DNA of 64,000 nucleotides, taken from the IMG/VR virus record IMGVR_UViG_3300023181_000002, positions 35,883-99,882 of that record; one strand, 5' to 3'. Under the pieces are notes generated by a model. The model worked only from the letters and a program-made list of their open reading frames with translations, ran no database searches and was not told the DNA's origin. This DNA is from a virus. How positions within the stretch are numbered: position 1 is the first letter of the stretch; the number at the start of each line of letters is the position of its first letter. The translations under genes were made by a program, and so were the position numbers. Of this stretch, positions 59,131 through 64,000 are shown one piece after another.

Positions 59131-59801
59131 AGCAATATTTAACATTTTTTGAAAAATATCCAATCATTGCTGTAAGCATTTTTGCAACATTTCTACCTAT
59201 AATAATATTCACAATCCGCAGGAGCAATAAAAAGCCTTTGCGGGTTTTGTTTTTATGGATGGCACTTAAAGTGTTGTTCGACCTCGTTGGTCTTCACTTT
59301 GCATCACAAAGTAAGAATGATTTATTTATCTGTAATGGATGGGTACTTATTAGCTTTATGTGTAATGCATGGTTCTTTTATGAAGTATTTGTTGATGAAA
59401 GAATGAAGAATAAGATAAAATATATCTCTATCGTCTATTGTTCAATATTCCTAATAGACTTCATTATATGTAATCCTGACTTTTCAGATTTTTATAGTCA
59501 TAGATATGTTTCTATATCATTTCCTCTGCGCTCAGCGTTTTTAATTTACTTCTGTCTTATATTTTATCAAGAAGTAATTAAAGAACTTTATATTGATCAT
59601 ATTGAGCGTTCAGCGATATTTTGGGCAGTAAGCTCTATTTTGATATACAACGCAACATCCTTATTTACTACCGTAATAAACCATCAGGAATTCTCCTGGG
59701 ATAGTAAGCGTATGATGGTTATGATCATGTATATTCCTTATGTAATGGATACTTTTCAAATGGCGATAATTTCAGGAGGTTTGCTTGCTGAGAAGAAATA
59801 A
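59127..59801 (+). CDS. 7TM membrane protein (putative receptor)
   Basis: Seven hydrophobic segments, FW..S.ILIY in TM6, ATGA-coupled to upstream gene. Confidence 0.75.
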   Translation: MKQYLTFFEKYPIIAVSIFATFLPIIIFTIRRSNKKPLRVLFLWMALKVLFDLVGLHFASQSKNDLFICNGWVLISFMCNAWFFYEVFVDERMKNKIKYISIVYCSIFLIDFIICNPDFSDFYSHRYVSISFPLRSAFLIYFCLIFYQEVIKELYIDHIERSAIFWAVSSILIYNATSLFTTVINHQEFSWDSKRMMVMIMYIPYVMDTFQMAIISGGLLAEKK

Positions 59802-59807
59802 AAATGT

Positions 59808-59908
59808 TATATTTGTCTATATAAAAATGTGTTTTGCAGAACACTATAAAGAATCTTTTTAAATCCTGTCCGGTGCGTAGCTGCAACTACAATCCTGTCA
59901 GGATTTTT
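59808..59908 (+). promoter_or_regulatory. -7 promoter plus structured leader of tnpB-2
   Basis: TATATTTG 59808-59815; GTGTTT/GAACAC hairpin; AAATCCTG/CAGGATTT stem enclosing GTAG-CTGCAA-CTAC. Confidence 0.6.
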
Positions 59909-59922
59909 AATTTATAAAAAAA

Positions 59923-60957
59923 ATGAATTTAACAACATTGCAATTTAGGATAAAGGATGAAACTAGCAGAAGCTGCCTAATTGAAATGGCTAATTCTGTT
60001 AATTTTGTTTGGAATTATTGTAATGAAGTTAATCAGGAACGATGGAAGAAATTTAATAAAACATTTTCTGCATTTGATTTAAATAAGTTAACGTCTGGCT
60101 GTGCAAAGGATTTAGGTTTACACTCTCAAACTGTCCAAGCTATATGTGAAGAATACTACAAATCCTGTAAGCGGCGTAAAAAGGCTCGTTTAAAGTGGCG
60201 TTCTAGTAAGAAATCACTTAAATGGATTCCATTTAAAGGTTCTGGGATTAAAGTTGAGAATGACAAGATTGTTTATGCTGGTCATGTTTTTAAATTCTGG
60301 AAATCTAAGCCTTTCGATGGTAAGATTCGTTTTGGATCATTCTGTCAAGACTCAAAAGGTAGATGGTTTGTGAATTTAGTTATTGAGAAAACTATCCATA
60401 AAAGAACATCTACAGGTAATGTTTGTGGAATTGATTTGGGCTTAAAAACACTTTTAACTCTTTCTGATGGAGTAGAATTCGATCGCGGAAACTTAACCAA
60501 AAAATATGAAAATAAGTTAGCTATTGCGCAACGAGCAAAAAAGAAAAAGCAAGTAACAGCAATCCACGATAAAATAAAAAACCAAAGGAGAGACTGGAGT
60601 CATAAAGTAAGCACGTTACTCATAAGAGAATACGACAAAATAGTGGTTGGAAATGTTTCCAGTTCTCAATTAATGAAAACAAAAATGGCCAAAAGCGTCT
60701 CTGATGCTGGATGGTATAGCTTCAAAGAGATGCTTTCATATAAATCCATTAGGGTTGGTGTCGAATATAAAGAAGTGAATGAAAGTTTTTCAACCGTGAC
60801 ATGCTCCGTTTGTAAAGAGCGGAGCGGCCCAAAAGGTTTGCTCGGATTGAAAGTAAGAGAATGGGTATGCAGCCATTGCAACACCTCACATTTGCGAGAT
60901 GTGAACGCGGCTAAAAATATACTATCATTCTCCCTACAGGACATTGTAGGCCATTAA
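59923..60957 (+). CDS. tnpB: compact TnpB with non-canonical RuvC-II
   Basis: GIDLG, IVVGNV (no Glu), VNESFST, CSVC/CSHC, HLRDVNAA. Confidence 0.9.
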   Translation: MNLTTLQFRIKDETSRSCLIEMANSVNFVWNYCNEVNQERWKKFNKTFSAFDLNKLTSGCAKDLGLHSQTVQAICEEYYKSCKRRKKARLKWRSSKKSLKWIPFKGSGIKVENDKIVYAGHVFKFWKSKPFDGKIRFGSFCQDSKGRWFVNLVIEKTIHKRTSTGNVCGIDLGLKTLLTLSDGVEFDRGNLTKKYENKLAIAQRAKKKKQVTAIHDKIKNQRRDWSHKVSTLLIREYDKIVVGNVSSSQLMKTKMAKSVSDAGWYSFKEMLSYKSIRVGVEYKEVNESFSTVTCSVCKERSGPKGLLGLKVREWVCSHCNTSHLRDVNAAKNILSFSLQDIVGH

Positions 60958-61008
60958 GGGAATCCATCGTAAAGGTGGAGGATGTCAAGAAGGTTATTGG
61001 TTGAAGAA
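60925..61008 (+). ncRNA. putative omegaRNA (scaffold to GGATGTCAA 60988, guide ~60989-61008)
   Basis: CCTACA/TGTAGG and TCCA/TGGA stems; IS605-like right end; 5' boundary approximate. Confidence 0.6.
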
Positions 61009-61025
61009 AACTAAACAAAATTAAT

Positions 61026-61199
61026 ATGACACCTATCAAATACTTTTTCCTGAGATTATTTTATAACTTATTCTTTTCAAAGAAGATATTAAAAATGGTA
61101 ATATCTTCAGAATTAGATTTAGGTGAATTATATAATACAAGTTCCGGCATGAATATGACTTACTTGGGCAAAGGAATATTCTTAATGAAAACAAAATAA
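61026..61199 (+). CDS. hypothetical 57 aa protein (not in ORF track)
   Basis: MTPIKYFFLRLF...MKTK*. Confidence 0.45.
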   Translation: MTPIKYFFLRLFYNLFFSKKILKMVISSELDLGELYNTSSGMNMTYLGKGIFLMKTK

Positions 61200-61346
61200 C
61201 TATGGGATTCGTAACACTCGCAGATGGTACTGTAATACATGCCAGTTTATTAGCGCCACCAAGTAATGTGCCTTACACTTACCGCATTACTACATGGCCT
61301 TTAAAAGAAAAATGCCAGGATATAAGCCCTGACATAGTTGATTCTA

Positions 61347-61976
61347 TCACTCAGGATACTCCTCGTCCCAATATCTAAACTGATATCCACCCTCAAAGAA
61401 CCTGTAAAAGCCCGACTTCTGCTCCCATGGCCCCGGAAGGATTAACGTGTAACACTCACCCTGCGGCAGAGAAATAATCTGATGGATATGGTTCGCTTCG
61501 ATGGTATGAACGGTTCCAGGTTTTCTTTCGATATCTTCGTAGTGCCATAATCCATATGATCCAATAGTATAGACCCTTTCAATGTATCCTCCGGAGAGAA
61601 TGTGGCTTGTAAATGAGAAAGGATGATTGTGTGGGTCACCTGAATCAATCTCCGTGAAGTGATGGATAACCGCGTCGAAGGGAAGTCCTAATATATGTTG
61701 CTTTGTAAAGATGTCTGACATCTTCTCTGTTTTGATTTCAATTTCCATAATTAAATATCCCATATTGTCGTAAGCATCCAGAAACCATTTACTTTTAGCA
61801 ATATTAGCGTATCGCTCTTTAATACTTAATGCCGATACTGATGCCTTGTTAAGCATTCGATCTTTTCTCTCAGCGCGTTTCTTTTCGCGATTCGCTTCCC
61901 ATTCATTCAATTTTTCAGGGGTCATCCCGTCAAATACGGTGTCTATTTCTAAGTTTAATTTATCCCAGTTTTCCAT
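61347..61976 (-). CDS. cupin-fold protein
   Basis: HHF...D..DPHNHPF.F.SHILSGGY.E ... H.I ... TL...GP. Confidence 0.75.
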   Translation of the reverse strand: MENWDKLNLEIDTVFDGMTPEKLNEWEANREKKRAERKDRMLNKASVSALSIKERYANIAKSKWFLDAYDNMGYLIMEIEIKTEKMSDIFTKQHILGLPFDAVIHHFTEIDSGDPHNHPFSFTSHILSGGYIERVYTIGSYGLWHYEDIERKPGTVHTIEANHIHQIISLPQGECYTLILPGPWEQKSGFYRFFEGGYQFRYWDEEYPE

Positions 61977-61978
61977 GG

Positions 61979-62206
61979 TTATTTCTCTTCGATAAATTCG
62001 TATAAAGGTTTCATTCTAAAATTTCTTTCTGGTTGCTGTCTTATCATGTCTTGCATTGTTCTATTAGCATAAACCTTTGCAGAGTATACTTTACAATTCC
62101 AGTGTTGCATCCAGAATTCTTCCTGATATACAGTTCCATCTTCATCTTTAAAAGATCGCATATAACTCCTTTCGATGATATATCCGTATAATCTTTTCTT
62201 ATACAT
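61979..62206 (-). CDS. hypothetical protein
   Basis: ORF in packed - strand run. Confidence 0.6.
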   Translation of the reverse strand: MYKKRLYGYIIERSYMRSFKDEDGTVYQEEFWMQHWNCKVYSAKVYANRTMQDMIRQQPERNFRMKPLYEFIEEK

Positions 62207-62210
62207 AATC

Positions 62211-62660
62211 TCAGTTCTTTACATGCCCATAAAACCCATCTTCATTCTGCTCCCACGTTCTCGCTTTGTTCTCTTCAAGTTTCTCCCTGAAAGCGTCAAA
62301 TATATCCTGTACACCGATGCCGCATCTCCCCGCAGCATCGAACAGCAACATCTGCGCGTCGGCGAATTCTTTCACGTCAGGCTTGCCATCTTCGATGCTT
62401 TCCTGGATTTCCCTGATCTCAGACTTTAAATGGTTGAGACTTGATAAGGGTGTCGCTTCGGGGAAGGTTTTAAGAGACCATGCGAAGCGGTCATGTTCTA
62501 AATCATATATATTTACATATTCCACTGGTCTTGATATTATACCCTTGCCACTGCAAACGTTACAAGTGCTATTGTGAAATAGGACATTATTTTGCCATCT
62601 GGTTCCTAGGATCACTCCGTCACCGTAACATCTTGGACAGGTTTGATATTCTGGTTTCAT
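62211..62660 (-). CDS. DUF550-type dATP/dGTP pyrophosphohydrolase with N-terminal CxxCxGxG zinc finger
   Basis: CPRCYGDG/CNVCSGKG; WS..TF, HL..EI.E, EFAD...L.FD...R.G, K...NKAR.W. Confidence 0.8.
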   Translation of the reverse strand: MKPEYQTCPRCYGDGVILGTRWQNNVLFHNSTCNVCSGKGIISRPVEYVNIYDLEHDRFAWSLKTFPEATPLSSLNHLKSEIREIQESIEDGKPDVKEFADAQMLLFDAAGRCGIGVQDIFDAFREKLEENKARTWEQNEDGFYGHVKN

Positions 62661-63013
62661 ATTTTCTTCTCAGTTAATCTTTTAAAATAATCCAACTCTT
62701 TGCCTTGCTTTTTCAAATAAGCACCCGTGCCGTATTTTTTAATAAAGTCGGCATCAATTTTACCCTTCTCGCGTATAATAAAGCAGTCATAATGAATCTT
62801 TATTATTTTAGCATAAAACCAGATAAATGCACCAAAGCCTAAAATCGCCATAATAGTATTCAGCACAGGTATCATGCTCAGACGCAAATATTTAATCTTC
62901 TCCGCTTTGGTGTTCAGCGTGGGAGGGATGTCTCCCTGAGAGGTGCTCAGCCAGCGGTAGAATACTAACTGGATGCCTGCTGAGAGGAGGTATGTTAGGA
63001 GGAAGTAGGTCAT
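62657..63013 (-). CDS. 2-TM membrane protein
   Basis: Two hydrophobic segments, IPVLN motif. Confidence 0.65.
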   Translation of the reverse strand: MTYFLLTYLLSAGIQLVFYRWLSTSQGDIPPTLNTKAEKIKYLRLSMIPVLNTIMAILGFGAFIWFYAKIIKIHYDCFIIREKGKIDADFIKKYGTGAYLKKQGKELDYFKRLTEKKI

Positions 63014-63458
63014 ATTATTTTGTTAAAATCATCGCATATGTTATTCCAGTCTTCACGTAGCGCTTTTAAAACCTGCTGCTCAGACCATAAAAGATATTCC
63101 TTGTCAGACATACCTGTATTGGATTTGATCTTCGAGAAGTGTTCTATCTCGGGAGGGTGTATCGCGAAAAGGGTGGAGAGTTGTCGGAGTAGGTTCATCT
63201 TAATATCTGCTTTAAAACTTCTTCTTCGTTAAATTTCCTGCCTGTTATTTTTTCGTATTGATAATCCAGATAAGATAAAGACTTCTCCATTCTTTCCTTC
63301 TCAAATCGATCCTTTTCAGATATAGGCTCAGTGTCAATACTTTTTAAAACCCTATTCATTAATCCAAGAAGATTGCATTGAAGGTAGTACCTTATCCTTA
63401 GAATTTCATCTTCATGCTGCTGCTTTGAAAAGGTTGAAAAATCTGGTTGCTTTTTCAT
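63010..63458 (-). other. two small hypothetical CDSs (63010-63198, 63195-63458)
   Basis: ATGA-coupled ORFs. Confidence 0.6.
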
Positions 63459-63598
63459 GAAAGTTCTTTTTCAAGATTAATTGATATGAGTAGTTCTTTG
63501 AACAGTTCCTCTAAAGAGTCTGCCTGAACAACGATGTGTTTTTCTTTCACCTGAGCTACATAACCCCAGTCATCATCATATTCTATTTCTATGTTCAT
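63455..63598 (-). CDS. HicB-like mini protein, 47 aa (not in ORF track)
   Basis: MNIEIEYDDDWGYVAQVKEKHIVVQADSLEELFKELLISINLEKELS; ATGA-coupled. Confidence 0.5.
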   Translation of the reverse strand: MNIEIEYDDDWGYVAQVKEKHIVVQADSLEELFKELLISINLEKELS

Positions 63599-63600
63599 GA

Positions 63601-63985
63601 TTAATAAGTTTTAGTTTCATCAATAGCTTTTACTCTCATATATCCATTAGGCAGATGTTCCACAGTGTAATTGTTTCGAAGATCAACGGTGTGATTTTCT
63701 TTTAAACGATCCTCCATAGGAATGTGCATGAAAGGATTATTTAATTCGGCCTGCGTAAGAGGTTTATTTTTCATCAGTTAATTCTATAATAAAATTACAT
63801 AACACAACCACTAAAGCATCTATTTCTTTAAATCCGTTACTTGGAGAAAACATGCCTTTTATCTGAATAGATTTTTCTCTTATTTCCTTTGCTCTTTTTG
63901 CTGTCATGTAATTAACACTATTTAATATCTTTCTTAAAATCATACATAGTCTGGTCAACTTGTATGTATTTTCCGTCAACCGCAT
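63601..63985 (-). other. two small hypothetical CDSs (63601-63774, 63764-63985)
   Basis: Overlapping ORFs filling the run. Confidence 0.5.
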
Positions 63986-64000
63986 TTAACCTGTCTATCT

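Noticed and set aside
59127-59801. Microbial rhodopsin
   Set aside because: No retinal-binding Lys motif within helix 7
1-64000. Stop-codon reassignment as in some crAss-like phages
   Set aside because: Long genes are intact in the standard code, and TAG, TGA and TAA all end genes at tight junctions

Overview
This window is 64 kb of a lytic-type tailed phage genome with Crassvirales-like (crAss-like) podovirus architecture. The host is inferred to be Bacteroidota, probably Cytophagales, from TTTG-N20-TAnnTTTG promoters, signal peptides cleaved before Gln and host-type adhesin domains. A long minus-strand morphogenesis region (about 2.2-53.5 kb) encodes portal, ring proteins, muzzle, three ejected cargo proteins, scaffold, major and auxiliary capsid, large terminase, tail hubs, Cys-rich fibres, two beta-helix tailspikes and a GH19 lysis cassette. 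Small accessory genes flank it. There are two tnpA-less TnpB elements and one HNH endonuclease. The genetic code is standard, and I found no tRNA, CRISPR array or integrase. The best candidates for undescribed systems are: (1) a three-hairpin RNA behind the auxiliary capsid gene whose loop (AGGUGGUUC) is complementary to a GAACCAY motif just upstream of at least 10 start codons, with a 21-nt antisense partner at 57150; (2) a self-promoted, translationally coupled pair of a small C-terminal CxxxC protein and a 7TM membrane protein, resembling a ligand/receptor cassette without its kinase; (3) an ejected polyvalent protein kinase followed directly by a CX5R phosphatase; (4) a phage-specific TTGTGAGACGA-N20-TAnnTT promoter. 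All family calls come from motif recognition by eye; no searches were run.
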